Positions 23,968 to 36,287 of a stretch of 64,000 bases of DNA are shown piece after piece (within the stretch, counting starts at the first letter, position 1; the number at the start of each line of letters is the position of its first letter). The translations under genes and the position numbers were made by a program. The stretch comes from Neophaeotheca triangularis (Eukaryota). The stretch is taken from assembly GCA_054600435.1 (NCBI GenBank), contig BAAIJX010000021.1:62001-126000 (forward strand). Direction: 5' to 3'. The notes below the pieces were generated by a model. It worked only from the letters and a program-made list of their open reading frames with translations, ran no database searches and had not been told where the DNA came from.

Positions 23968-26005
23968 CAATTGTTCGTTTTCTATTGGAAAAGCAGCGTC
24001 ACGCAGGCAAGTGCTGCCTTGGGTGCTCGTTGCATTGCGTATACCCAGGGAATATATCGACGGGCGTTGAGGATTATTATTTTTCGAGCAGCTTATTACG
24101 AGGTCGTTCCCTCGTACCAAAGTTTAGACATACAGTAGATATACAGTAGATATATAAGACCCCGATCAATTCTGTGTCAATGTCAGCTATGCGAACGATA
24201 TTACGCAGGACTGGTTTCCGATGGGAAGTATCTCTTGTTACTAGCCACGCGTTCATTCATTTCACCTTGGGTAGAGAGCGAAAGTAAAGACGGCCTTGGA
24301 AGACCCCTCGGAGTCGCGGAGCCTCCTTCATGCTGCCGGCCGAGACGGCATCCGCATGGGAAAGAAGATCTCGATGACAGAATTATTAAGCGGCGCGATC
24401 GCGGCGAACTGACTCGTTGGCACCGCAAAACAACGTTTTATTTCTTTAAGGTCTGCGTGACAGATGCTTGAGTCACTCGGGCAGTGCTCGAGCCAATACC
24501 TTGAGAACACGAGGAGTGTTATTATTTCCAAGGCTTCGTATTGAGGCGATAGTCTCGGATTTTGATACAATGGCTTCGATGGTGGCGATGTTGCCCGATT
24601 GCAAGTGAGTCTCGATCAAAAAAGCAGTGTGCGTGGCCTTTTCTCAGGGCGATGCTCCAGGAGGCAGTAGTACAGTAGATGAAAAGCTCGCCGCTAAGCT
24701 TGTCCTAAAAAGGATCTGCGTACGACGTTGACTGTTGCAGTTGCAGTAGTTGCAGGTGTCATGGCTGATGAGCGTTTTGAGCCAACTCCGTGATTCCGTA
24801 CTCGATTAGAGCTCTGTGCCAGCGCTGAACATCTAGTTGTTGCTACGGTGTTTTGCTGAGTCGCCGGTGAAGGGTCGGGTCTGCCAGGGGTATCAAGATG
24901 CTGACGTTGTGATCTCGGATGCTGTCGTGTGTGCTCATAGATCTCGGACCGGCGTCTGCGGTGATGCGTCGAATCGAGCTAGAGAGTACCTTTCCACTAC
25001 CCTAATCCTGTACAGTATAGAAATGCGAGAGATCCTTAGTCCATACCGTCAGGGCGAAATCTGACAGATCTGACCCAAACCGAATCGCTGAGAGCTTGCA
25101 GGCTCAGCATGTCATGTCGTGCGACCGACGCATGGTCTAGCAGCCAGCAGCATGTGCGACGAGCTCGATCCATGTGCACAAGGGTCGGCACCGCGCGTGG
25201 GCGGCGTGGCAATGTATGTGGCAGCGTTATTAGATGCTCCTACATGTTAGAGCACGTGAGATTGTTGATCTCGTCTCCACCTCACCCGACATTATTGTCT
25301 GCCACGAGACTCTGGAAAAGACGGTCCGCACGGCCAAAGTCTACCACCTGAGCACTTTTCCAGATCGACAACTACTGCGCCGAAGTGCTCTAGTCTTTGC
25401 TTTTTACTGCATACAAAACTAAGGACGATAGCACAGCGGCTCGCATTGCCATTTTTCTTCGATTCAATCGCCGCTTGGAATTCGAAGAAAAGTCCCATGG
25501 TACTGCTTTGCAAGAACAGCCGAGAGAAAGGCCTACAGGATGCTGCCACGAGTCCACGACTGCCCAGATGTTGCTAGTTGCGGCCTCGGAACGGTGACAG
25601 AACAACAGAACAGAGCGAGATGATGGCTGGGATGAGTACTTAGCTAGTGTCATCAGAGTGCGGAGCGTTAGAGACGTGGCAGGCCGTCTAGGCCAAGGGC
25701 GAAAAAGGTCGGAAAAGGGCTAGGTGTTCAACACAACCTTATTAGGTAGGTAGGTAGGACGCGCAATCTGTTGCGCTCCAATCACATGACGGTAAATGCA
25801 TCCATGCGACGGACGGGAAACCAGAACAGCCTGCATGATGAATTGATGATAATATTATTTTATTGGGTGAGCACGTTGTGGATTCGGTCCCAGTGACAGT
25901 CGACCAAGTTGCAGAGATAGAGATGACCATGGATCATTTTATTCGGTACGGGCAGTAGACGAGTAGGCGATAGTAGCAATTAGTGAGCCAACATGTGAGC
26001 TACGC

Positions 26006-26106
26006 AACGTAACGTAACGTAACGTAACGGAACGTAACGGTAGTAGTAGTAGTAATAGTAGTAATAGTAGTAATAGTAGTAATAGTAGTAATAGTAGTAA
26101 TAGTAG
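26006..26106. repeat. Compound microsatellite (AACGK)7 followed by (TAG)n/(TAGTAGTAA)n
   Basis: Read directly from the sequence. Confidence 0.95.
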
Positions 26107-27375
26107 AATCTAGTCGTAGTAGTAGAGCGGGCTCATTGCAAAGGGAAGAGAGTAGAGAAGAGAGCGGACGCCGCAACGCCGAGCTTTTCCTGCGACTCGG
26201 CGAAAGAAAGCCGGTGCCGGCCCAAGTAAGGTACTAGTAAGCGTCCAGAAGTGCGAAGTGGCCTGGTGGTGGGTGAGAAATTCGAATCTCGCACTTTCTT
26301 CTTGTCCGCTCTGAATTTCCCTTCCCGTCCACCGAGAAGGTTGTCCAGGTGCTATGTCATGATGATTCTTGGCCGACAAGACCGCCAACTTGGTGATGAA
26401 GTGTATGGCTGCGCCGACTGGCCCTTTACCTTGTAGGCTGGTACCATTGAAATCATAATGAAAAAGTGTGCGAGCCACAGTGGAGACCCAGCCATCCGGG
26501 TAAGAGCAGACCAAGACGTCGCGGCCGAGGCTTCTGATGTCCCCTGCCGAATCATGGGGCAGAGCGAGTCTGGTCGTTGACGTCCCCCCTCGTCCGCGCG
26601 GGCAAACAAGGTTGGAAGAAAAAAACCTTTGCTCTCTTCCCGGCGGCCAGCGCAGAACGCAAGCATCAACCGTCGTCCAACGGCTACGTAAAGCGGCGTG
26701 CTCGTCTCCAGGTACCGCGTCGATCCGCGAATCACAGCCCCTTCCACCCTCGGTGCCTGGTCCCGAGCGCCCAGTGACAGTTGGGTAAATGGGTACCTCG
26801 TCCCAGGAACCGCAAGCCACCACCGCGAAAAGTCGCCCTCGCCAACCAACACATACTACGGTACATCGCGTTCCTGGAAAATCCTGGCCCTCTTCTGCAG
26901 ACGCGGCATAGGGCTGCCTTCTCATTGATCCGGCCCATCGATCCTCTGCCCCCATCCGGCATAGCACACACGAGACACGTTCTCTTGGCTTTCTTTGCCA
27001 GTCTGGCTGACCCACTGCCGTTGAGCGCCCTCTGCCGGCTCAGCCTGATGGAGGTGTGGAGTGAGATCGCAGGCTCTGCTTGCTGTGCGACGAGTAGAAA
27101 AGATGGTAATGTCGCGCGCTGCTCATCCTTTTCCTTCCCTCCTCCTCAACCCAACCGCTCTCTACCGTATCATTTGCGCTTAGACAGCTGCTTCTTCGCA
27201 ATACAGATCACTCATTTTTCTGTATCGCAGTCACTCTTTTCAAACCCATCCCTTACGTGCTAAGTTGTCATCACTCTCTTGACACTTGCCTAGACTTTCG
27301 CAACACGCGACCTATTCCAACACTTCCAATTCACGGGCTAAACAAGACTCGAGTCTTACTCATCAAATCGCCAAG

Positions 27376-28146
27376 ATGTTGAACACCATTCTCGCCTCCG
27401 CCGCCCTCTTCGCGGCTTCTGCTGCCGCTCAGGGTAGCGCTGTTGTCATCAACAAGTGCAACTACGATGTTTTCCTGGCCAACACCCCCGCCAGCACTGC
27501 CAGCAACAACGGTGGATTCGACATCATCCACGACACTTTGTCCCCCAACGACGTTTACACCCAGCAGTGGACCGAGTTGGACTTTGACGGTGGTTGGTCC
27601 ATCAAGCTCTCCAAGAACGAGAACTCCTTCCACGACAACATCCTGCAGTACGAGTACACCTTCTTCAACAACGACATCATTTGGTACGACCTGAGCGCCG
27701 TCAACGGCAACCCATGGAACGGCAACTGGGAGATCAGCGCAGATGACAGTGAGGGCTGTTCGCCCCGTCAGGCTGCTTACCGCTACGCTACCGACGACGC
27801 GTACGGCATGCAGTCCTGCCCGGCTGAGTCTACCATCACCGTTGTCTTGTGCTCTGGCGAGGAGCAAGCCGATGACCTCGTTGCCTCCATCTCTGCATCT
27901 GACGCGGCTCCCCCATCCGCGCCCACCATCGATCTCGACACCCAGAACCGTCGCGTCTCCCCCGCTGACAACGGTGCCGTCGAGACCTCGTCCGCTCCAT
28001 CCCCGACGACCTTCGAGACCATGGTCACCGAGGCTCCTCAAGCCCCGACCAACGTCGACGTCAACACCATCATGGAGACCGAGGTTGTGACTCAAGTCTA
28101 CACCATGTGGCGCCACCGCCACGGCCGCCACGGTGGTCGCGCTTAA
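27376..28146 (+). CDS. Secreted BYS1/thaumatin-like protein with Ser/Thr/Pro-rich tail
   Basis: Signal peptide MLNTILASAALFAASAAA; AVVINKCNYDVFL, GGWSIKLS, ILQYEYT, IWYDLSAVNG; strong C-ending codon bias. Confidence 0.75.
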   Translation: MLNTILASAALFAASAAAQGSAVVINKCNYDVFLANTPASTASNNGGFDIIHDTLSPNDVYTQQWTELDFDGGWSIKLSKNENSFHDNILQYEYTFFNNDIIWYDLSAVNGNPWNGNWEISADDSEGCSPRQAAYRYATDDAYGMQSCPAESTITVVLCSGEEQADDLVASISASDAAPPSAPTIDLDTQNRRVSPADNGAVETSSAPSPTTFETMVTEAPQAPTNVDVNTIMETEVVTQVYTMWRHRHGRHGGRA

Positions 28147-29635
28147 GAGGTCATCGCGCCGAAATCATTGATGTGCCCACGACAAAACGCCTTTTAACTT
28201 TCTCATGTCGCCTGCGCCGAACAAAGACGTAGACGATCCTTTTTGGCAACCTTCTCGATAGACACCCCTTTTTTCTGATGACCGCAACGGAGAGCGGCCG
28301 GCTTGGAGACTTTTATTTCCTTTGTTTTCACACACATTTCTTGAAACGCTGGCCTATGCTTCACGAAAGTCAACAGGTAGAGCGCGCTGTGCCGCTGCCG
28401 CCTCTTCGCCGATTGATGAGCCATGGCCACATCTTCTAGCATGAATGCGTTACGACATTGGAACCGATGGACATACAGATATTTTGGATATGGGTATGCG
28501 TTGTCTGCTTCTTAGTGCTCCTCTTTGCGAGGAGTCACTGTCAGTATATATATGGTTTATTCCACTATATGTGCGACGCATGCGTTCGCTTCTTAAAAAA
28601 AAAAATCCCCAAACCACATCCTCAATTGCAGTTGAATATTCCCGTTTTCGGTTCGTGTCCGTTGTACCAGATGGAATGCTTGGCTCCGTGTTAGCTTCAA
28701 CACTCTTCGCGGATCAGCGTTGGCAGCGTAGTCTTGTTTCAAAGATATGTAGGAACCCGGTGTTGATCATGACTAGCTGCACGAATGGCCGGTTGAGCAG
28801 CAGAAACGCGCACTTCAATTGGTCGCGCTATCTGTCGTCAGCGCAGACCAACTTTGTTCGTTTCTCTGGATTGTGTGATTGGTCTTGTTTTCGTCGTCAT
28901 TCAAAAAAGCCATGTGAGCGCGGGCGCTCTCATCGCGCCATTATTGTATATTGAGCAATGACTTGAAACGGTGTGCAAGGTTTCTCGTCATTCTATTGCT
29001 AATGGACCGGAGTAATGAACCCTATCGGACGAGCTTTAGGAAGGTGTCGCCGAAATCATAAGTGACAGCAGTCAGTGCATTGTGTGATCACGGTCGAGAG
29101 GTTTACACAACCTAGACCTCGCGCTTGGGCTCTACTAGCAGATGAGGAGATGGAGAGCGAATAATCCTAATGACAAGTCGCTTTCTTCGCCGAGCGAAAT
29201 GGCGGTGAGAGGAAGTAACAGAGTGCACGGTGCCGTCGTTAACCGCTCGGATGAAACTGTGGTTGTTGTTGGCATCAACTCTGGTAGCAAAGTCTAGAAG
29301 CGATGCCAATGCTTGAAACAGCCTGCCGAGGCGCTTTTTAACTGGCAACTCGGTAGCCCGCGATATATTATGCTGAAAGCCCGTAGTGCTCAGAAGCATG
29401 GTATTTACCTACGCATTCAACAGTCACGCGACTTTTTCGAACTAGCGAGGGAGATATCGCCACGGGGGCGCTTCCGTCACAGAGCCATCTTGTCTCAAAT
29501 CACGCCAAGTGATAGCACATCTAGTTTGGCCCTCTTCCAGTCCTGCTAGCGCGCACGCATGCTTCTCCACGCTAGTTTCCCACCTTGCGCCAACGACCTC
29601 GAGCTCGATTGCCTTTTAGATGCTTAGAACGGCTT

Positions 29636-30401
29636 TCATAGCAACTTGAGGTGGCCCGTGACTTCGTCGATCTTGCTCTTAGGCGCAGGACCGATGCCGA
29701 GTACGGTGGCGGAGCCGCTGGCTATCTGCGTCCTTCCGGCATCGTGTATCACTTGTGCGCAGAGACCCAGACTGACGGCTTGGGCTTGGAGCATCAGCAT
29801 GTCCTCTTCGTTCTCAGCCTTGAGGGCGACCTTCGCTTGACCGAGCCTCTCCCATTGTCTGAGGACAGGGTGTGCCGGATCCTGCTTGAGCAAAGTCTTG
29901 TAGCAAGCCAATGTTGCATGCCCACATTGAGCTGCAACTTTGCCTAGAGCTTCTGTTAGGTCATGAGGTAGCATTGCGGGTGAGTCACCGGAGCAAAAGC
30001 TGGCGCGCAAATCTCCAAATGGAAGGTTACCACGGTAATGTGGAGCTGTGATAGCGGTAACAGTTGGAAGATGCAACGGAAACAGGCATACCTTTCCCCA
30101 TCCCAAGATCACTCCGCACTACCAGTACAAGCTTGCATTCTTCGGTGCTGCCGAGAAAAGTCTTGAGCTCTCCTAGATCTTGCACATCATCGTCCGAGCT
30201 TTCGGAAGCGGCGTCGCTGATGTCGGAATCGGCTTGTTTGGACTCGTCGCTTCCTACGGTTGCTCGTGTGCCGGATTGCTGTCCGAATAGACCAATAGAA
30301 CGTGCCTGGCCTAGAAAATAGCCGGCAATGCCAGATATAATGGCTGTGCTCACGGCTATAGCAGCCGTTGAGGGAGGACCGTGGTCTTGAACGTTTGCCA
30401 T
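29636..30401 (-). CDS. PTH2: Peptidyl-tRNA hydrolase 2
   Basis: N-terminal TM; KLVLVVRSDLGMGKG|KVAAQCGHA, GQAKVALK, DAGRTQI, VTGHLKLL; intron 29944..30091. Confidence 0.95.
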
Positions 30402-31138
30402 TGCTTCGCCGCTGTTACCGCTCGGGCTCAAGGTCCAAGGCTGCACAAGATGTGCGCTTCGCTGGGCTCAACGTGGGGTATAGACCGGTCGGACCTTCCA
30501 GAAGAGGACAGTGGCCTCGTGATAAATAACAGCTAGCAGCTCGTTGCTTATCGAAACGAAGTGCGGTGCGGCGAGCGGCGTGCCAGGGCGCGCAGAGCTA
30601 GACCCCAGGTGTAAAAAATTCGTCAGCAGGTTCAAGCGCGTCGCCACGCCAAGACCGGGCTTCACTGCGACCCCGAGATGAGCACACCGTAGAAGTGCAC
30701 AAATTTGAGACTGGATGCTGGAAGAGGATGGTCCAGGGGCGAGTTTCAAAGTTGAAGCAAAGTTGCAATATGAAGGGTGTACAGTGAGAGTCGTGAGGTG
30801 ATGTCTGGGTCTGAAGCAAGCATGGCAGCTAGCGGCGCTAGTGGGAGACTAGCGCGAGCACCCCAGGAAGTCGCTGGAAGGGGCAGTACGGAGGTAGGGG
30901 GGGCGCGATCACCTCATGTCTAGACGCAGTCGCGCGAGCATTCGCAATAACATGAGGACAAGACGGGAGACGAGCACGATGAGGACATTTGGACATGGCG
31001 GAAAAGCATAAAGGACGCCGCTCCGCCCTCTTCTTTGTTCACTGACCCTTTCCATCCATCATCCCTCCTCCATTCACACACATTTTCGACGACTTCCCAC
31101 CCAACTTGCTGGGACGTCAAATCACATACCCATACCGC

Positions 31139-31190
31139 TACTACTAAGCCGACTACTACTACCACTACTACTACTACTACTACAACTACA
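31139..31190. repeat. Imperfect (ACT)n microsatellite upstream of choline sulfatase
   Basis: CTA/ACT triplet run read directly. Confidence 0.85.
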
Positions 31191-31384
31191 TTACTTACTG
31201 CTTACCACTACTCCACTCTACTCCCGAGTACTAGGCTTGACCACTTCTTCCCTCTTCTCTCACTCGTCGTCTGTCTCTCCTCCTTCCATACACCGCCCTC
31301 TCCCCACATTACTCAAGGCCGGGCGTCTGCCTCCTCCTTGCAGCAGCCTCGCCAACACTCACCACCCACCCACACCGCACAACC

Positions 31385-33085
31385 ATGGATCCTGTCAACC
31401 GAGTGAAGCAGGTCCCCGATACCCCCCCTGTCTCACCACCAACCGGCTTCATCGATCAGAATGGCTTCAGCATGCCTCTCTTCCAGGAAAAGCCCAACAT
31501 TCTCTACATCATGGCCGACCAGCTTTCCGCACCCTTGCTGAAGATGTACAACAAGGACTCCCAGATCAAGACACCAAACCTCGACAAGCTCGCTGAGAAG
31601 TCTGTCGTTTTCGACTCGGCCTACTGCAATGCTCCACTGTGCGCTCCCAGCCGTATGGCCATGGTGACTGGCCAGCTGCCGTCCAAAATCGGTGCTTACG
31701 ACAACGCGGCGCCAATCAGTGAAGATACACTGACATACGCCCATTACTTGAGAGACGAGGACTACGAATGCGTGCTCGGCGGCAAGATGCACTTCATCGG
31801 TGACCAGCTCCACGGGTACGAATACAGACTGACTCCGGACATCTACCCTGGCGATATGGGTTGGTCGGTGAACTGGGACGAGCCAGAGAAGAGACTCGAA
31901 TGGTACCACAACAGCTCGTCCATCCTCCAGGCGGGCCCATGTGTCCGGAGCAACCAGCTGGACTACGACGAGGAGACCATGTACAAGGCCAAGCAGTTCA
32001 TGTACGACCATGTTCGCCAACCGCCTGGTAGCCGTCCATTCTGCCTTACCGTCTCGCTTACGCACCCCCACGATCCATACACCATTGAACGCAAGTACTG
32101 GGACATGTACGAGGACGTCGACATTGATCTGCCGACGGTCAGCATTCCCAAGGAGGATCAGGACTCGCACAGCAGGCGCTTGCTGCAGGTCTGTGAGCTT
32201 GAGGACCAAGAGTTCACTCCCGAGCAAGTCAAAAAGGCGCGCAGGGCGTACTATGGCGCTGTCAGCTATGTTGATGACTGCATTGGCAAGCTCTTGGAGA
32301 CGTTGAAGGATTGTGGCCTCGACGAAAACACAATGGTCATCTTTTCAGGCGACCATGGTGACATGCTAGGCGAGCGTGGGCTTTGGTACAAGATGTCTTA
32401 TTATGAGGCTTCCGTCCGCGTTCCCATGCTCTTCAGCTACCCAAGGCTGTACCACCCCCACCACGTCCCTCAGAATGTGAGCACTCTTGATATCCTGCCC
32501 ACGTTGGTCGACTTCGTAGGCGGTCAAATTGATCCGAGACTGCCTATGGATGGGGTTTCTCTGATGCCGCACCTCAAGGGCCAAGACTCCCACGATACCG
32601 TCTTTGCCGAGTACATGGGTGAGGGTACCATTGCGCCCATGATGATGATTCGTCGTGGCGCCTGGAAGTACATCACTTGCCCAGCCGACCCAGACCTGCT
32701 CTACAACCTGGCCGACGATCCGCGCGAGCTTCAGAACCTGGCTGGTAGTGAGGACCCGGCCACCAAAGCGGTGTACGATGCTTTCGTCGCCGAATCCAAG
32801 GCCAAGTGGAACATGGAGGCCATTACTGCGGATGTCCAAAAACGCCAACGCCAGCGGATCAAGGCTCACCGAGCCCTCAAGAAGGGGAGATGGACTCCGT
32901 GGGACTACCAGGTCCCTGATGACAGCCAGTCGAAGTACATTCGCAGTCATATGGAGCTCGACGATCTTGAGCGTCGCGCCCGCTACCCCATTGTTGACGC
33001 CAACGGAAAGCCTAAACAACTCGGGGCTATTGGCAAGGGAGGCGTCCTCTCTGTACCGATGCAAGCTGGCGCTTACGGTCAGTAA
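31385..33085 (+). CDS. Choline-O-sulfatase (BetC-like, Cys-type sulfatase)
   Basis: Intronless 566 aa; PNILYIMADQ, formylglycine motif LCAPSR, GKMHFIG, GDHGDMLGERGLWYKM, C-terminal WDYQ...YIRSH...LERRAR. Confidence 0.9.
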   Translation: MDPVNRVKQVPDTPPVSPPTGFIDQNGFSMPLFQEKPNILYIMADQLSAPLLKMYNKDSQIKTPNLDKLAEKSVVFDSAYCNAPLCAPSRMAMVTGQLPSKIGAYDNAAPISEDTLTYAHYLRDEDYECVLGGKMHFIGDQLHGYEYRLTPDIYPGDMGWSVNWDEPEKRLEWYHNSSSILQAGPCVRSNQLDYDEETMYKAKQFMYDHVRQPPGSRPFCLTVSLTHPHDPYTIERKYWDMYEDVDIDLPTVSIPKEDQDSHSRRLLQVCELEDQEFTPEQVKKARRAYYGAVSYVDDCIGKLLETLKDCGLDENTMVIFSGDHGDMLGERGLWYKMSYYEASVRVPMLFSYPRLYHPHHVPQNVSTLDILPTLVDFVGGQIDPRLPMDGVSLMPHLKGQDSHDTVFAEYMGEGTIAPMMMIRRGAWKYITCPADPDLLYNLADDPRELQNLAGSEDPATKAVYDAFVAESKAKWNMEAITADVQKRQRQRIKAHRALKKGRWTPWDYQVPDDSQSKYIRSHMELDDLERRARYPIVDANGKPKQLGAIGKGGVLSVPMQAGAYGQ

Positions 33086-35603
33086 AGGGATCAAATTAAC
33101 GGAGTGACGATTGAGCGCAACTGGTTCCCTAGGCCTTTTTGACCGAAAGATGGCGCGCCGAGACAGCGGTCTCCATATTCAGCGAGATCACAGCGCCTGG
33201 TGCCATTCTCGAGGCCACCTGCTTTCTTCAAACTTGCAGCGACGGCGCAAGGGGGGGAGTTTGCAGGCATTGTAGCGTTTGCTTTGTTCAGATTGTATCA
33301 TGCGAGCGGCTTTTCTTTGTTTCATCGCACCATTCTGGAAGCAAGGGACTCGACGCAAGCCAACGACCGCGCGGCCGCTGGCTTGTTGTCCTTTTCAAGG
33401 ACTACGTGCATTCCTCGGCGCCGGTCGATTCGGTGATTCACAAGACGTATCTTCCCTGTTTATGAGCGAGGCGTCTAGGGAAAGGCGCATGGGATGTTTT
33501 CAAGGTAGTTTTCGGAGATGGTGGGTGGCAGTAGATTTTGGCATATACTAGTAGTTTAGCGAAGAAATTGTGAACATTGTTATTAAACAGAAAATCGTTG
33601 CTTTTCAGCAAGAGAGGTGGAGTACAGTAATAAGTAACTACTCGTAGTTGCATCGAGCTTCACAGCATGCAAGTTGCTTTTGTTGACAGCCCCACCAACG
33701 ACCTCGGACTTGGAAGGCGGTACCCGACGTCCCGATGTCTCTCCTGGTATGATGAAACAAATATCTTGACACTCAGTACAGGCATCTAGCTCACGAAACA
33801 GAGTGCTGCTGTAGCAACCTACACGACTATAGGTCGACAGCAGTGTGCTTGCTCCAAGCGCGGATACCGTGGCAGTCGCGCTGTCGAAACCATCCTTTCC
33901 CCTCATTCTTCTTGCGCACCTCATCTCGTAGTTGTTCACGTGCCTCTGTCGACCGGCCATGCATCATGGAAAGACTCGGTTCGAACTACGCCGATCTAAG
34001 ACGTTTGCGACGACCTTGTACGCAAACCGTCGGCCAGCCTTTCCATTTCGTTGCTGGCGATTGCAGGCCGGCCGGGACAACAACGACTCATCATCGTCCT
34101 CTCAACTCAAGCTAGGTACGTCAAGCTAGACCACTCCCAACGACTTCGAACCATCAAACAAATCCCTCTCTCCGCTGCCGTGAAGATAGCCTCAGCCCCC
34201 TTGGCAACGGACTTGAACTGCGCTTGCTCGAGGTCCAGCCCCGCTTGATCCGACAAAACAGGCGAACGCCTTTTAACCTTTGGAGCGCGCGAGGAGGAAG
34301 AGGAGGAGGAGGCAGGTCTCATGTGATAAATTCATGGCCGGAGTTCCGACAAAGAACTGGTTTTCCACTTCAACGGTCACGATTGATTGGTAAAGGTTCG
34401 TCGAGCATCGGAGTTCAAGGGAGACGGGAAGGGGACTTTACAAACAACCCTTGACTGCTTTTGGGAGTGTGGCAGGCGCAGGGAGCCGTAAGAGGGTCTC
34501 GTGCAGATCTGCTCACGTGTCGTGTGATGGATGGTGCTGTGGGGAGCGGGATATAAGTTACCCATCTACGATGCACTAGCGAGAGGCAATCTAGTGTACG
34601 CGGTACGTACTGCGCACTTGTAGACACCTCGCCCCAGTTCGGCGCAACGTTGCCGCATTTGCTCGCCCTTCCGCACTTTTCCAGTAGTGAACAAGGCCCC
34701 GCGGTGACGTTTGTTTGTAAAGAATGATAGAATAATGGAGGAAATGGCTCTCGTTGTCGTCCCCGCATCACAGATAGAAAAGCTACAGCCATGATCGTCG
34801 GTAGGGTACGACGACGCGGACGACAAAGACCGAACGAGCATTGACACGACGGCAAGCCATGGCGCTACTGTTTTGCTTCATCGAGCGACCGCTCGACCAG
34901 GGCAGGTGACAAGACATTTCGACCTCCCCGCGGTAACATCATCGACGAGCCCGTCACAACGGTTGAGACGGTTCGGGGGAAAGATTATGTTGGTGAGGTC
35001 CTTTTCTGTAGATTTTGAGTTCGGGTATTAGGATGAGCTATTTCGAGCTCTTTTTTGACATTCTAGTAGCGCGGGCCAAGTCACCAAGTACATTATTGTA
35101 TTGTACACACATCACTCGATCAATGATTATTGTCCCATGTGCAAGCGTACTGGAACTTTGGTACTTACGCTATCGCCACCGCAGAGCCGCGTCGGTGGAG
35201 CTCGTCGAGCCGTTTACCGACGATAACTTCGATACTCAAGACGGTAAAGCATGCCGTGAGTCGTCACCATGGACGTCTTGAGGCGGGTTGGGGTGGCGGC
35301 AATGGTCCTTTGAGACCTAGCCGGGGGTGGGGTTTGGGGCTGCTCAGTGGTCTGAAGTAGTACAACAATGGTCAAGGAGGACGTTGGCCAAGACTATGCC
35401 GGTCGATACTCATGCAGGTGAAGGCGCCGTAGCGCGAGACTTGGTACGAGTAAAAAGTGTAAGCCAAGGCATCACGTACGTTTATGCATGTCTGGATGAG
35501 CTATACTACTCAGCGACGTGATCATGTAGCTAGGTTAGGTTGAAAGGCTGCCCATGTCGATTTGGGGGAGCTTGATGAGGAGCAGCTGAAGAGGCTGGGA
35601 ATG

Positions 35604-35659
35604 AGGTGTTAGGTGTTAGGTGTCAGGTATCAGGTATCAGGTATCATGTATCAGGTATC
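35604..35659. repeat. 7-bp minisatellite, 8 units (AGGTGTT > AGGTGTC > AGGTATC)
   Basis: Read directly from the sequence. Confidence 0.9.
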
Positions 35660-36287
35660 AGTACATAGCACTACTGTATGCGAGTAATAGTAATAACTAG
35701 TACTGAAGACGTCCCCGCTCCCTCGATGCGCCTTCAGCCAGCCCAGACCAGCCTGAGCCAACCTGAGCCAACCTTTTACTAGGCATTTGCCGGATGATGC
35801 GCTAAGCAATTGCCTAGCCTGGCGTCAACGCTAACCTCCCGTCTCACTATGGTGACCACATCATCAACAGGCGAGCGACATGAGGTGGTGGCAATTGTTC
35901 CTGTTTCTCTCCCTTCCCCCCCCCCCCAGGGTGGCGGGCGGGCGGGCGAACTCCACGGGCAACCGGTTTGCTCGTTGCCGGGACAATAATAATGAATGTA
36001 ATTCACTACTGACATGGAGACGATCAAGGCCGTGCTTTTGCGGCGATCCCACCACCCATCCAACCTCTCCGTCGTCACTAGCGTGTATGGCGGCGTCCTC
36101 GTAACTACATTAAAGGCCCTCTTCTCACCTTCCATACCGGCTTCTCCTGCAATACTCTCCAGTACTCGCATATCAACCTCACTCTCATCCACAGGCTTAC
36201 CTTCGCTCATAAGTCTATCAACAACTGTCGCTACACGACCCTATAACCTTTAATCCTCCGTCGTTAATACCGCCTACCACCATCACT

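Noticed and set aside
23962..24137. GT31 paralog 2 stop TGA-CAA-TTG followed by an open frame of roughly 55 codons
   Set aside because: The 3' hexamer lacks the final A of the CA(A/G)N(U/C/G)A consensus and the 5' codon is GAG; much weaker than the PDK case.
26110..27015. 301-aa minus-strand ORF and overlapping ORFs upstream of the BYS1-like gene
   Set aside because: Non-ATG start, no recognisable domain or codon bias, ends at a microsatellite; likely promoter DNA.
29944..30091. Long PTH2 intron possibly hiding a 15-nt cassette exon or a snoRNA
   Set aside because: The internal donor (GTAACC) and branch point are weak, no C/D boxes are seen, and the insertion would split the conserved GMGKGK motif.
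30402..31384. CYS3/MetR site (ATGRYRYCAT) upstream of choline sulfatase
   Set aside because: The closest match I saw (ATGAGGACAT, 30979..30988) violates the core consensus.
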